A stretch of DNA of 64,000 bases from Octopus vulgaris (Eukaryota), in the NCBI GenBank assembly GCA_951406725.2, contig OX597819.1:120404001-120468000 (forward strand), in the 5' to 3' direction. A model generated the notes under the pieces. That model ran no database searches. It was given only the letters and a program-made list of their open reading frames with translations, and was not told the DNA's origin. The position numbers were made by a program, and so were the translations under genes. The first letter of the stretch is position 1, and each line of letters opens with the position of its first letter. Below are positions 1 through 12,670 of the stretch, piece by piece.

Positions 1-418
1 AATGTAAAACGTTTGTGCACACCATGAATAATAATAATTGTTCTATTATTGCCACAAAGGCGACGAACTACAGAGAAAGATTAGAAAAATATGTGGGAGT
101 TGAATGAGAAAATAGTGACAGTATAGACATATAGAGGGAGGGTGGCCATTTGGAACGAATCAAGGATCCCCCACAGAACCAAGAGTATAGTGACCTCTCA
201 CATAAATTCCCCAACATAAAGATTACTGGCAGTAACCTTATTTGCTACAAGGACGATAGACATCGATAAAATTGATTTCTGATATGGAGCCAAGTCATAC
301 ATTTTGAGGCAAATTGAGGGCTTATTAGAGTGTATTTGTTTTGTTCAGCATCAGATCGGGTCCTAGATGAGCAGACCTGTAATCGAAGATTTTATCGAGC
401 AATGTGTGTGTTAGACTA

Positions 419-805
419 CATTATCTAATGTACCTCCCCCTTTTCAAAACATCAAAATGTTATAATTAGTCAGAGTTAGCTATTTCTAGCAAGTAGAGCG
501 ACCATGTAGTACTTCCCTTGTCAGAAAGCAGATATCGTTGGAGGTTAAGGGACGTAACTAAATATCTATCGATTCTATCAGCCATCGCCCTTAGAATGTA
601 AATTATTGCTTTATAATCATTACCTAATGTGCTCTCTCCTTTTCAAAACAGTAAGATATAATAATCAATCAGATTTAGCTGCTATTTCTAACAGGTCGAG
701 CGATCACCGTTGATAGTACAGCTCTTGTAAGAAACAGACATCGGTGGGGGTTAGGTGACGTAACTAAATATCGATCCATCGATTCTAACAGCCATCACCT
801 TTAAA
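419..805. repeat. Diverged ~200-bp tandem duplication containing a dispersed-repeat core (TTAGCTGCTATTTCTAGCAGGTCGAGCGACC-like)
   Basis: 419-596 and 618-805 share ordered blocks (cattatctaatgt..tttcaaaaca..gctatttcta..gacgtaactaaatatc..atcgattcta..cagccatc). Confidence 0.75.
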
Positions 806-1609
806 ACACAAAGAAATCATTATCATTACACCAGACAATGTGATCCTATACAATAACAATGGATGGTCACGATTGGAACACTTTTTTTATCACAGTTCTG
901 CTCGACAAGGGGTTAACAAGAAACTACACAACAACCAAGTTAAGCCTTGATCAAAAATCAGTCAACTGCGACAATCCCGTTAAATTTATCCAATGTTTCC
1001 ACTTCTTTATTCCACACGGTAAAGTGTACTTTGAATCAGAGGTTCCCAAATTCCACGCGGCCCAGAAAGAATTAATTCCAAAATTTTATTAGTTTGATTG
1101 ACTCATAGCAGTCAGCAGTGAGAATATATATAGTACAAGTGGATTATGTATGAAATAATTAAATTATGTGACTATTCACTGTTTTGTTAGGTGCTTGATC
1201 CCTGCCGGTTTGTGGTTGGAGATTACTGCTTTAAGGTATATTTAACTGCTATTTCATGCCAGTCGAGTCACCATGTACTGGTTCCCACAACAAAGGGAAC
1301 AGGTGAACTTGTTTTTTGTCTTTCATACATTTGAGTCCAATTAACTAAAATTCTAAACCTCAAGCATTGAGATCGATCAAATAGATTGTTTGGTTCCTAA
1401 AATATGGAATTAGAATGACAAAGGAACACAGAATTGTCATGAATTTCTAAAGCTAACGAAGTCCATGACACATTTTTATTCCTATGTCATTCTAATTTCC
1501 TTCTACTGCTTTGTACTCGACTGATGACTCGTTCTTAAGTATACGTACATTGAGCTTTAACACCAGGTACTGGTATCGCAATGCTAAAGCCAAATAATAA
1601 TAATAATAA

Positions 1610-2010
1610 TCTCTCTATATATATAAAGCTGAAGTTGTCTGTGTATGGCAGGTTTGGTAGCCTTCAACTAACACTATCTCCTCCGAGACCCTGCAGCACA
1701 AGTTGATCAAAATTGAGAGTATGATAGAAGAAGGCTTGCTCTTCCTTCCGTATAAGAAAAAAATTCAAATAGGACTATGTTAACACCAAAAATTATTTAC
1801 ATCAAAAAGGTGCTTTTCTTCTATGAAAATCCCTATTTTTTACGATATTTTGACTGCTGTGTCGCCATTTTTCGGTGTATTTCAACCAGAAAAATGTTCA
1901 CTTAAAGAGAATAACAAGCTACATAATGCAAAATTTTTACTTTTCAAAAATTCCAATTCTAAAGAGTCGAAAAGAAAACAAACCCGAGCAATGCTGGGCT
2001 ATACTGCTAA
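1610..2010 (+). mobile_element. Non-autonomous Helitron
   Basis: 5' TC terminus (TCTCTCTATATATATAAAGCTG), 3' GC hairpin CCCGAGCAATGCTGGG followed by TATACTGCTAA (CTAG-like end), inserted between A and T in an (AAT)n tract with no TSD. Confidence 0.7.
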
Positions 2011-2034
2011 TAATAATAATAATAATTATTATTA

Positions 2035-2270
2035 TTATTTCTTTACTACCCACAAGGGGCTAAACATAGAGGGGACAAACAAGGACAGACAAAGGGGTTA
2101 AGTCGATTATATCGACCTCAGTGTGTAACTGGTATTTAATAATAATAATCCTTTCTACTAAAGGTACAAGACCAGAAATTTTGGGGGAGGGCTAAGTCGA
2201 TTACATCGACCCGATTTTCATTGCTAGGATGAAAGGCAAAGTCCACCTCGGCGGAATTTGAACTCAGAAT
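2035..2270 (-). mobile_element. tRNA-derived SINE fragments, family A (central GCCTTTCATCCTTTCGGGGTCGATAAATTAAGTACCAG domain)
   Basis: Matches the many family A copies elsewhere in the window; box B-like GAGTTCAAATTCC on the minus strand. Confidence 0.8.
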
Positions 2271-2852
2271 GTGCAGCCCGACTAGCTGCCCTTACATATA
2301 TATTGTTGTTATTGTAATAAATTATATTGCTGCTGCTGTTGTTGTTGTCCAATTAATAATTGATTTTCAACAAAGGATATTTTTATGATAGAGACGAATA
2401 AAATGTTTTGGACACAGGCCTTTTTTTTTTCTTTTTTCTGGTACTTACATTATAAAAGGGTGGATTAAGGTAAAATGGACACCTGCAGCTTTAGTTTCGT
2501 ATAAGAGCGAAACTAAATGGATGTTATATTTTCAGCCAATGTACAACCCTTCCAGCTACATCCAGTTATCAGGGGTGGCCACAAATGTCACGGTGCTCCT
2601 TCACAGATAGGTCTGTTCGTTCAATGAGGGTTGACATTGAACTAAAAACCGAAGAAGCCTTTATGTGGTGTCTTGACATGTTAGAAATAGCAGTCAAAAC
2701 GTTTTGGATACACCATGTGGGAAAAAAGAAAACAGGATGGTCATGGATAGATTGCTTTGTGTGTAGGTCACCTCGGTCCGGGTTGACCTACGAGTAGACA
2801 AAAGAACAGCCAATGATAATCACGATACTATATACATAAGCAAAAAGCTGAC

Positions 2853-2929
2853 AGTGACTTCGAAGTTGCAGTTTTACTATCCGCCAGACAGTCTGACAAC
2901 AGCTAGTAAGTCTGAACTTCGAAGTTACT
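2853..2929. mobile_element. Mini MITE with AGTGACTTCGAAGT terminal inverted repeats
   Basis: agtgacttcgaagtt...aacttcgaagttact; the same TIRs recur at 29576-29650. Confidence 0.5.
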
Positions 2930-3332
2930 ACCAACTTTTTTGCTTTGTAACATAAATACGAACAACAGAAAAGTAGCGAACGATCCTTCAATTTAAATGA
3001 TAAAATTGCTTTTATAAATAACTTAAAACACAGAAAACACACCATTTTCATTTAATTTATGTAGTTCGTACGACAGAGTACAAGTTGAACACAAGGTCAA
3101 CTCTGGTTGAACATAACCAAAAAATGTTTTGTAAATACGGTCGGAGTTAGTTTGAGGAGGGTTTGGCTGCTTTTTCAATCCTAGTCCACCTCGTTTAATC
3201 CCATTGTAAACTTTACTACTGAGCAAATTCAATGAATAAAAGGACATTGCAAGTCACGCAATAATGATAATTTCAGTCATTTTCGTTCAGACATAGGTGT
3301 GTCGAGGACTACATTGTTCGATGTAGTATATT

Positions 3333-3845
3333 CTAACGGTATTTTAGCTGCTATATCTCGCCCGTCGATCGACCACGTAACATTGTCTCCTAACAGAATT
3401 TTAGCTGCTATATCTTGCCCGTCGATCGACCACATAACACTGTCTCCTAACAGAATTTTAGCTGCTATATTTTGCCCGTCGATCGACCACATAACACTGT
3501 CCCCTAACGGAATTTTAGCTGCTATATCTTGCCCGTCGATCGACCACGTAACACTGTCCCCTAACGGAATTTTAGCTGCTATATCTTGCCCGTCGATCGA
3601 CCACGTAACACTGTCCCCTAACGGAATTTTAGCTGCTATATCTTGCCCGTCGATCGACCACATAACACTGTCTCTTAACGGAATTTTAGCTGCTATATCT
3701 TGCCCGTCGATCGACCACGTAACACTGTCTCCTAACGGAATTTTAGCTGCTATATCTTGCCCGTCGATCGACCACATAACACTGTCCCCTAACGGAATTT
3801 TAGCTGCTATATCTTGCCCGTCGATCGACCACGTAACACTGTCCC
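3333..3845. repeat. 57-bp minisatellite, ~9 copies
   Basis: Unit CTAACGGAATTTTAGCTGCTATATCTTGCCCGTCGATCGACCACRTAACACTGTCYC, period 57 (ATTTTAGCTG at 3341, 3398...); related dispersed monomer at 3948-4000. Confidence 0.97.
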
Positions 3846-4731
3846 TTCGATGGCTTGGAATAGATTTAGGAAAAGGAAGAACAGAGTGGAGGAGGAGAAG
3901 AAGAAGAAATGCACGCACAATGTACATTATTTAATGTATAAATCCTAAGATTTAACTGTTATTTCTAGCAGGTCGATCGACCACGTAAGCTGTTCCTTAA
4001 AATGCTTTTGTTGGGATAGACAGAGCAAAGGTAACGGAAGACAGAGAGAAAGAGAGAACGAGTGAGTAAGAGAGAAGAAAAAAGGATGCACGCATACACA
4101 TGCATCGAGAACACCAACAAAATAATAATAATAATAATAAGAAGAAGAATAACAATGAAGCTAACGGTATTTGTAAACAATGGGTCAGAACGTGAAGGGC
4201 AAATGTAGGGCAATGCTTGGTAACTACAAATGAATGGTAAGTATGTGGGAGACGAAGCAGCGAAGAAGGAAGCGGGGTCGGAGCAGGTGAAGGGCGGATT
4301 GTTCGTCTCACAGACAGTAAGATTGGTGATGGTGGGGGAGGGGGGGAAGGATTATTAGTATTACTACTATTACTATTATTATTGGTGGTGGTGGTGGTGG
4401 TGGTTGAGGCGACAGAGCGTCGGACTAGGAGAAATGAACAAGACGTGATTAAGTGTATAAAAAAAAAAAAAAGAGGCGGGTGATGTCGGAAGCGCGCGCG
4501 AGTGTATGTGTGTGTGTCTGTGGTGTGTTTTGGGTGTGAGAGTAGCTGAGAAGAGAGGAGAGGAGAGCAGACGGGAGGAGGATGAGGAATTAACATTTTG
4601 AAACCAGCAACGACATTAGCAATAACACAACGGACATAATAATAATAACAATAACAGTAATAATAATAATGTTTTTTTTTCTGTATGTCAATTAGCAGTA
4701 AACTACACATCCATGTTCACACACACACATC

Positions 4732-4772
<41 letters not shown>

Positions 4773-4799
4773 TACATATATATACATACACACACACAC

Positions 4800-5038
4800 A
4801 GCGTACATACAAACGTATACATACACATGAATATATATATAATGTAAATAATATATAAATATATGCATGTATACATACATATATATGTGTATATATACAT
4901 ATATATATATATACACACACAAGCGTACATACAAACGTATACATACACATGAATATATATATAATGTAAATAATATATAAATATATGCATATATACATAC
5001 ATATATGTGTGTATATATACATATATATATATATATAT
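4800..5038. repeat. ~122-bp tandem duplication in TA/CA-rich sequence
   Basis: agcgtacatacaaacgtatacatacacatgaat... at 4800 and 4922. Confidence 0.8.
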
Positions 5039-6764
5039 AATTGGCCAGTAATATTTTGTATATATATATATATATATAGATGATATATACAAAATATTAC
5101 TGGACAATTGTTGTTAAAAATAATGCATTTTTAAATAAATTAAATGCTTCGAGAAATGCACATATACACATATGTACACAATACATATATATTGCACACA
5201 AACATAATGTATGCATGCAGCATGTATGCCTAATTGATAATGCATTAAGAACATGTATGAATGTGTGCATGTTAATATATACATGTAGATGTTATAAATT
5301 TAAATAATATGCAACTGTGCACATGCTTATATATATATGTATGTATAATACTGCAGTAATGCACTCACAGCCAATACTATGAGGGGCAGTTCAATATTTA
5401 TAGATTTTTAATTATTTACACCTTACATGTACATACATCCACATATATATATATATGTGTGTAGGTGTGTGTAGTGGCTTTAGACAGGAGACAAAATGTT
5501 GTTGTGACGTTCATGCGATTCCCAAATCGAGTTTCTATGCAAAGATAACGATTTGGAAAATAAATGAAAGAAACAGATTGAAATGTAATAAAACAGATCG
5601 AAGTGCAATAAAACAGATCGATACTCGATCGCCGGCACCGGATGCCACAACTTATATACGAAACATTAAACATACATTATGAGGGTTAAACCGATTAAAA
5701 CGAATTACGATATAGAGGGAATTAGTAAATTATATATTTAACATTAAGGGTGTATATACCAAATTCAATATGTACTGAGTGTGTAACCCAGATTTTGGTG
5801 GGTGGGTGCCTCGTGTTTACAAGAAACAAGGAAAAAGGGGACAAGGTTTGGGTGTATAAATTCGTAAGCGTATAGTGATGTATAAATACATTTTAATATA
5901 TGAGTAACTTAATGAATAAAGAGTATTAATGATGAGAAGTGATAATTAATAAATGAATGAAACAGGATTACATGTAACATTTCATACATCCAACAAAAAT
6001 ATAAATTGAATTTATATACATCATAAAAATTATATATCTATACATACAATAATTACACTGTATATTATGTATATATATATACACATACATACATGTATTA
6101 CATACAAATCTATTATTTATATTATACATATCTATAAATGTATATTATATAATGATGCTGCAAATATAAACATTGTGGCCATAAACTGAGGGGTCACTCG
6201 TAAACAGAGCTGGATAGCAAAACTGCTCCCTCATTTGGTGTCCACCCATAATTATGACTAGTGATGGAGGGGTACAAAAAAATGATAATTTTCTAGTTTT
6301 CTGTGCGTTTTTCTTTCAATTTTTTTTCTTGTTGCTGTTATAAAATGAATTAACTACATATTTAATATATAAAGAACATAGATAATCTCAGGTGTTAACA
6401 TTATCCACGTATATATTTATACATCAGTTCTGTGTGTGCAGACATAGTAGATAGTATTAAATGAATTAATTTCATGTAATTTGAAGAATATAAAACGTTT
6501 CAGGTGTTAAACATTATTATTTATGTATATATAAAATGTGTGTATATTATCTATGTGTATATTGTATATACATGTGCTTTAGCTATTTGTATATTGTATA
6601 TGTATGTGCCTTAGCTATGTGTATATTGTGTATAAATATATATATGTATGTGTGCATGTATGTATACATTCTGTTAAATATCTGTGTATACTGTATATAT
6701 AATTGGTGTATGTGTTTTATACGTATGTATATTGTCTGTGTGTACATTATATATTATATCACAT

Positions 6765-7375
6765 ATATTCCTTACCCTCCGGCCAAAAGATAAACAGCAT
6801 AACCTCCAGATGTCATATTTAATTAATTTAAGTTCATTTAACATAAACAATATACAGCTTCTCAGGTGTTAAAACATCACACCTTTGTATAAACATAAAT
6901 ATATATACGTATGTGTGTGTACATCACATTATATTATTATATATATTATATTATTATGTTTATTCTTACCCTCCAGCCAAAAGATGTACAGCATAATCTC
7001 CAGATGTCATATTTAATTAATTTAAGTACATTTAACATAAACAATATATAGTGTCTCATGTGTTAAAACATCACTACTTTTTATAAACATAAATATACAT
7101 ATTATATTATGTATCACATATTTATATTATTATAATATTTATTCTTACCCTCCAGCCAAAAGATGTACAACATATTCTCCAGATGTCATATTTAATTAAT
7201 TAAAGTTCATTTAACATAAACAATAAACAGCATCTCAGGTGTTAAAACACTAATTTTTATAAACATAAATATACATATTATATTATGTATCATATATTAT
7301 ATTATTATATATTATATATTGTATTTATTCTTACCCTCCGGCCAAAAGATGGACAGCATTATCTCCAGATGCCAT
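6765..7375. repeat. ~180-195-bp tandem repeat, ~3.3 copies
   Basis: CTTACCCTCCRGCCAAAAGAT...CTCCAGATGTCATATTTAATTAAT recurs at ~6771, 6965, 7144 and 7330. Confidence 0.9.
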
Positions 7376-7784
7376 ATGCAGACTTTTCTATATATTGTTA
7401 TTATTTTGTGTTTTTGTTAGTTATTTTTGGGTACAGTATTGGCTATATGAAGAAGACAGAAGTTCAAATACAAGACTCCTCTAATGGTCTCTCTCCCTAT
7501 GTAATGTGTAAATGTGTCTGAGACTCTTCACTAATAAATTTTTGTATTTTTCCCCCATACACTTCTATCAACGGCAGGCTGTTGTGCTTTAAGAGATCGA
7601 AAGTCGGCGGCGTACGCGATCGACCAATCGCTGTCGCGCATGCCGCCGTCCGCCGTTGCCATTGGTCGAGTTTCTCCATTCATGCAGTGAGCACGTGAAC
7701 AGAACGTTCCCATGTTGCGTATGATAGTGTATGTCTGATTCCTATGTGTGTGTATGTGTGTAGTAGATACATAGGCAACTAGTC

Positions 7785-8180
7785 AGAGAGAGAGAGAGAG
7801 AGTGTGTGTGTGAAGAAAAGAGAGAGAGTAAAGGAAAGAGAGAAAGAGTGAAAAAACCAGAAAGAGAGAGAGAGAGAGTGAAGAAACGAGAAAGAGAGTA
7901 AAGGAAAAAGAGAGAGAGTGAAGAAACGAGAAAGAGAGTAAAGGAAAAACAGAGAGTGAAGAAACGAGAAAGAGAGTAAAGGAAAAAGAGAGAGAGTGAA
8001 GAAACGAGAAAGAGAGTAAAGGAAAGAGAGAGAGAGAGAAAGTGAAGAAAAGAGAAAGAGAGTAAAGGAAAGATACAGAGTGTGAAGGAAGGGAAGAGAG
8101 GGACAGTGAAGGAAGGGGAGAGAGAGACAGTGAAGGAAGGGGAGAGAGAGAGACAGTGAAGGAAGGGGAGAGAGAGAAAG
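7785..8180. repeat. Polypurine (GA-rich) minisatellite
   Basis: Repeated gagtgaagaaacgagaaagagagtaaaggaaaa and gacagtgaaggaaggggagagag units. Confidence 0.9.
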
Positions 8181-8630
8181 ATTATAAGTTCTGTGCGTGC
8201 AGACAGAGTAGATAGACAGATAGTGAAAAAGAGAGTGAGAGTGGGAACGTGAGGAAGATATAAGGATGTGTCACTGGAAGTGTGTATATGTGTGTGTATA
8301 AAATATATATATACACACGACTGTGGATGTTGTTATTAGTGTGTATATGACTATTTATGTAAACTATTACGATAAGAGAATTTTTAACAGTGAGCATGTG
8401 CGTGCATAATTTACTGAGTAATTTACCGAGATATCGATATATATACATACATATTCATACACACACATACATATATATATGAATATATATATGTGTGTGT
8501 GTGTATATATATATGAAAGTTTCATGAGTAACGGTTTTCGGTAATCTCCGATATTCGTTCATTCTCTCTGATTCCATCTCTCTCTCTCTTTCACTCTATG
8601 CATGAACGTATACATACATATATCCACACA

Positions 8631-8663
<33 letters not shown>

Positions 8664-8849
8664 ATGTGTGTGGTTTCGTATATTTATTTGTATGGGTTTT
8701 CGGATCTTCTGCAGTTCAGATTTTTTTTTATTTCATCAGGAATATTTATAGTTTCCCAGTAACTATACACAATTTACATGGTCTCACACACGCGGGCGCA
8801 TATACACACACACAATTGCTACTCCGACGGTTACAACAAAAGGGGTTTT

Positions 8850-9122
8850 TTTTCCACAAGATCCAATCAACGGAACAGCCTGATCGTGAAATTAACATGC
8901 AGGTGGCTGAGCCCTCCACAGACATGCACATCCTTAACGTAGTTTTTCAAGGAGATTCAGCACGAGACACAATGGAACAAAGCTGGCCCTTTGAAATACA
9001 GGTACTTACTCATTTTTGCCAGCTGAGTGGACTGGAGCAACGGGAAATTAAGTATCTTGCTCAAGGACCACGCGTCGCTAGGGATCGCGAGCTGAATACC
9101 TTAACAACGAGGCCACGCGCCT
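8850..9122 (-). mobile_element. SINE (family D) with CORE-like block, degenerate
   Basis: Minus strand reads GTCCTTGAGCAAGATACTTAATTTCCCGTTGCTCCAGTCCACTCAGCTGGCAAAAATGAGT after a decayed tRNA-like head. Confidence 0.55.
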
Positions 9123-9214
9123 CTACACACACATGCATCTATGAATATATATATGTTATATGTATATATATATATATATGCATATATATATATATATGCA
9201 TATATGTATTCGTT

Positions 9215-9720
9215 TATTCTTTTACTTGTTTCAGTCATTTGACTGTGGCCATGCTGCAGCCCCGCCTTTAGTCGAACAAATCAACTTCAGGACTTATTCT
9301 TTGTAAGCCTAGTACTTGTTTTATCGGTCATTTTTGCCGATCCGCTAAGATACAGGGACGTAAACACACCAACATCGGTTGTCAAGCGATGGTGTGGGGA
9401 CAAACACAGGCACACACAAATACACACACACACATACATACATACATATATATATACACACATATATATACATTTATATATGTATGTATATATATATATA
9501 TACATATATGTGTGTGTGTGTTGTGTCTGTGTTTGTTCCTCCAACATCGCTTGACAACCGATGCTGGTGTGTTTACGTCCCCGTAAATATAGCGGTTCGG
9601 CAACAGAGACCGATAAAATAAGTACTAGGCTTATAAACAATAATTCCTGGGTTCGATTTGCTCGACTGAAAAAAAGGCGGTGCTCCAGCATGGCCACATT
9701 CAAACATAAACTGAAACAAA
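9215..9720. mobile_element. Two 3' halves of SINE family B in inverted orientation around a TA/CA microsatellite
   Basis: 9215-9420 (-) and 9520-9720 (+) both match the 3' half of the full copy at 46535-46925. Confidence 0.85.
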
Positions 9721-10416
9721 ATTTTTAAAAAACATACATGTATATACATATATATACACACATACATACAACCATATATATACTCACACATATATATATA
9801 TACCCATATACATATATATATACCCATACACATACATACATATATACATATATATATGTAAATATACTATACATAGCTCTGCACTTGTAGGTCAAGGTCA
9901 CTGTACTATATAGTCTGTAATATTTTTTTATATATATACATATTTCATTCTGTCTGCAAATTCTCTTCTCTCATTCTTCATCTTGTCTTTTCTTTTATTA
10001 ATTTCCTCCTCATTTCTTTATTATTTATGTTGAGTCCATATTTTCTGCTATTTTCATACCTTTCTGGGGTTTTTTTTTTCTATTTTCATTCCTAATTTCT
10101 TAGTAATTTCCGTCTTTATTTCACTATTTTTTTCTTCTCTCTCACTCTCTTCATGCACACACACATATATATATATATAATAACAAAATAATAGATAAAA
10201 CATCTGCATATATACATACATATATGTACGTACCTACATCTATATGTATATATACATGCATATATGGGTACAGGACACCAAAAAAAAAAAAACGTCGAAC
10301 ACAACGAGAAACGAAAATATAAACACAAAACCAAGGAAATTGACATTTTTCTTAAACAACAAAATAATAGACTCCAAGACATACAAAACAAGGAAAATTC
10401 CCCTTCTTCAGCCGCC

Positions 10417-10448
<32 letters not shown>

Positions 10449-11221
10449 CATATACACACACCAACACGCATTGTTTATATATGTACAGTTTTATTTTTAT
10501 ACTTCTGTCATTCGGTCGCGGTCATGCTGGAGTGTGGCACTGTGTATATATTTGTATCCTTTCCACATCCCCGTTTTTGGGCTTACATTTTTTTCTTCTT
10601 CTGGTTCGTGGGATTTCATATTTTTCACCGTCTGATTATTATTTTTATTTTTGTATTTTTACCTGGTGTTGGCTCATTTGGTATAAGAGGGGAACTTGAC
10701 ACGAATGCCTTCACACACACACACACATATAATTACGGGGGGAACATGGGAGTGCAATGGGAAGGGTGTATGCATTATGAGCTACCTAGCTTTTTTCGGT
10801 GACATATATACCTATATACATACATACGTACCTACATATATATATCATACGATCTGTGGAACTGGGTTTGTTTTAGATTGATCTCATCCCAAATCAGTTT
10901 CTCTCTCTCTCTCTCACACACACACACATTCTTCAGTATTTCCACTATCCTTTCTTAATGTTTTTCTTCACAATTCTAACAAGGCAGCACCTACCTGGTC
11001 ACTCGATTTGCTAGAAATAGCAGCCAAATTTTCATATTATATATTTCTTTATTGCCCACAAGGGGCTAAACATAGAGGGGACAAACAAGGACAGACAAAG
11101 AGATTAAGTCGATTATATCGACCCCAGTGCGAAACTGGCACTTTATTTATCGACCCCGAAAGGATGAAATTATAGCCTACAAGCTTTAAGAAAAGCAAAC
11201 TTTGGATGATAATAATAATAA

Positions 11222-11467
11222 GGCATTCTTTCGATATAACTCGACAAAATCAAAACATTTCACTTCGGGTATTTCCGTGGGTTGTGGAGTATAGATATAA
11301 CGAAATTATGCCAGCAATGCCTTGCATATTTGTTCTTACCTGTTTCAGGTGTGTATGTAAAATTCGCAAATTTCCAAGCAGAAAACAGAATCGAACTGTC
11401 ATTTGCTTCCACGGAAATACACCAACTGAAATGCTTTGATTTTGTCGAGTTATATCGAAAGAATGCC
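11222..11467. mobile_element. MITE with ~60-bp TIRs
   Basis: GGCATTCTTTCGATATAACTCGACAAAATCAAA...TATTTCCGTGG mirrored by CCACGGAAATA...TTTGATTTTGTCGAGTTATATCGAAAGAATGCC, inside (AAT)n. Confidence 0.85.
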
Positions 11468-12018
11468 ATAATAATAATAGTTCTAAATAATTTATACCTG
11501 GAGTAATTTACGACGCCCCCCCCCCACTAGATGCAATAGCCACGACTGGACCTCCACTTGTTTCTTTTCCTCGTTGTTCTTTTTTTCCTAAAGATGTTAC
11601 AGTGTTTGCATTTTTCATGCTTGACCAAACTTGATTGGTGAAAAGTTTTGACTATAAGTCATAAAATTTGGTGTTTTTGATCGCTTATTTCTTTCATTCA
11701 TTGGACTGCGATCATGCTGGGGTACCCCCTTGAAGGGTTTTAGTTGAACACATTAACCTAAGTGATTTTTTTGTCTTTTTTTTAAGTCTAGTATATATTC
11801 TATCAATCATTTTGGCCGAACCGCAAGGTTACGGGCACGTAAACATACCAGCACCGGTTGGCAAACGGTGAGGAGCGGGCGATACATACACACATTAGTA
11901 TATATTATATATACACAATAATCAAAGTATCCAGTATTACAGATTCATTCTTTGATCAATATATCCACTCTATTTACAAATATACGAGTGCCTTCTCCTC
12001 CTGACTTCTGAACAGAGA

Positions 12019-12065
<47 letters not shown>

Positions 12066-12156
12066 TAATAAATAAAATATATGCATACATACATACATAT
12101 ATGTACGTACCTACATCTACATGTATATATACATGCATAAATAAATATATATACGT

Positions 12157-12243
12157 GAAGGCAAAGAATACGCACACCACCCGTTTCCGCGGTTACGGTC
12201 AGGGTTACGCCGAAAACGGGTGGCGTACGTATTCTTTACCTCC
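12157..12243. mobile_element. Short foldback element with telomere-like (GGTTAG-like) loop
   Basis: AAAGAATACGCACACCACCCGTTTCCG / CGAAAACGGGTGGCGTACGTATTCTTT arms around GGTTACGGTCAGGGTTA. Confidence 0.7.
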
Positions 12244-12534
12244 GTCATATATATATATATTTATATACAATGGGTTTCCACACTCTCTCCGCCTACCAGT
12301 TTCCCTCGTAAAGTGTTAGTCGACCCTGGGTTGTAGTAGCACAGACTCTTACCCGACAAGCCACGCTATCAGACCGAAACTGAAACCACGTGGTTTAAAT
12401 ACAAACTTCACCGATTAATCGCACATGCATGCCTACATCTATTATATTTATTTGATTTAATAACGAAGGAAAATGTTGTATACAGTGCTCGGGTACACTT
12501 CAACTAGAAAAATACGAAAGAAAGAAAGGCCATC

Positions 12535-12670
12535 AGCTGTATATATTGTTGGTGGATTTCATGAAGCATGGAAGTTTTAAAGGATGTAGTGTCTCGACAG
12601 CTAACAACTGATGCGGGTATTTTATTAGTTTATTCCATGCATCAGCGATTCTGAGCCTGAAAAAAATGTG
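12535..12670 (-). mobile_element. CR1-like LINE 3' fragment
   Basis: Minus strand encodes FFRLRIADAWNKL..., followed in another frame by SVVSCRDTTSFKTSML, typical of the CR1/L2-group RT C-terminus. Confidence 0.55.

Noticed and set aside
960-1092. Short ORF region 859-1092
   Set aside because: No recognisable protein; the minus strand weakly resembles a decayed LINE C-terminus
3299-3934. 211-aa plus-strand repeat ORF
   Set aside because: By-product of a 57-bp (multiple of 3) minisatellite derived from a dispersed repeat
3997-4710. 237-aa minus ORF
   Set aside because: Low-complexity trinucleotide runs, no domain
8660-9271. 203-aa plus ORF
   Set aside because: Spans antisense SINE sequence and microsatellites
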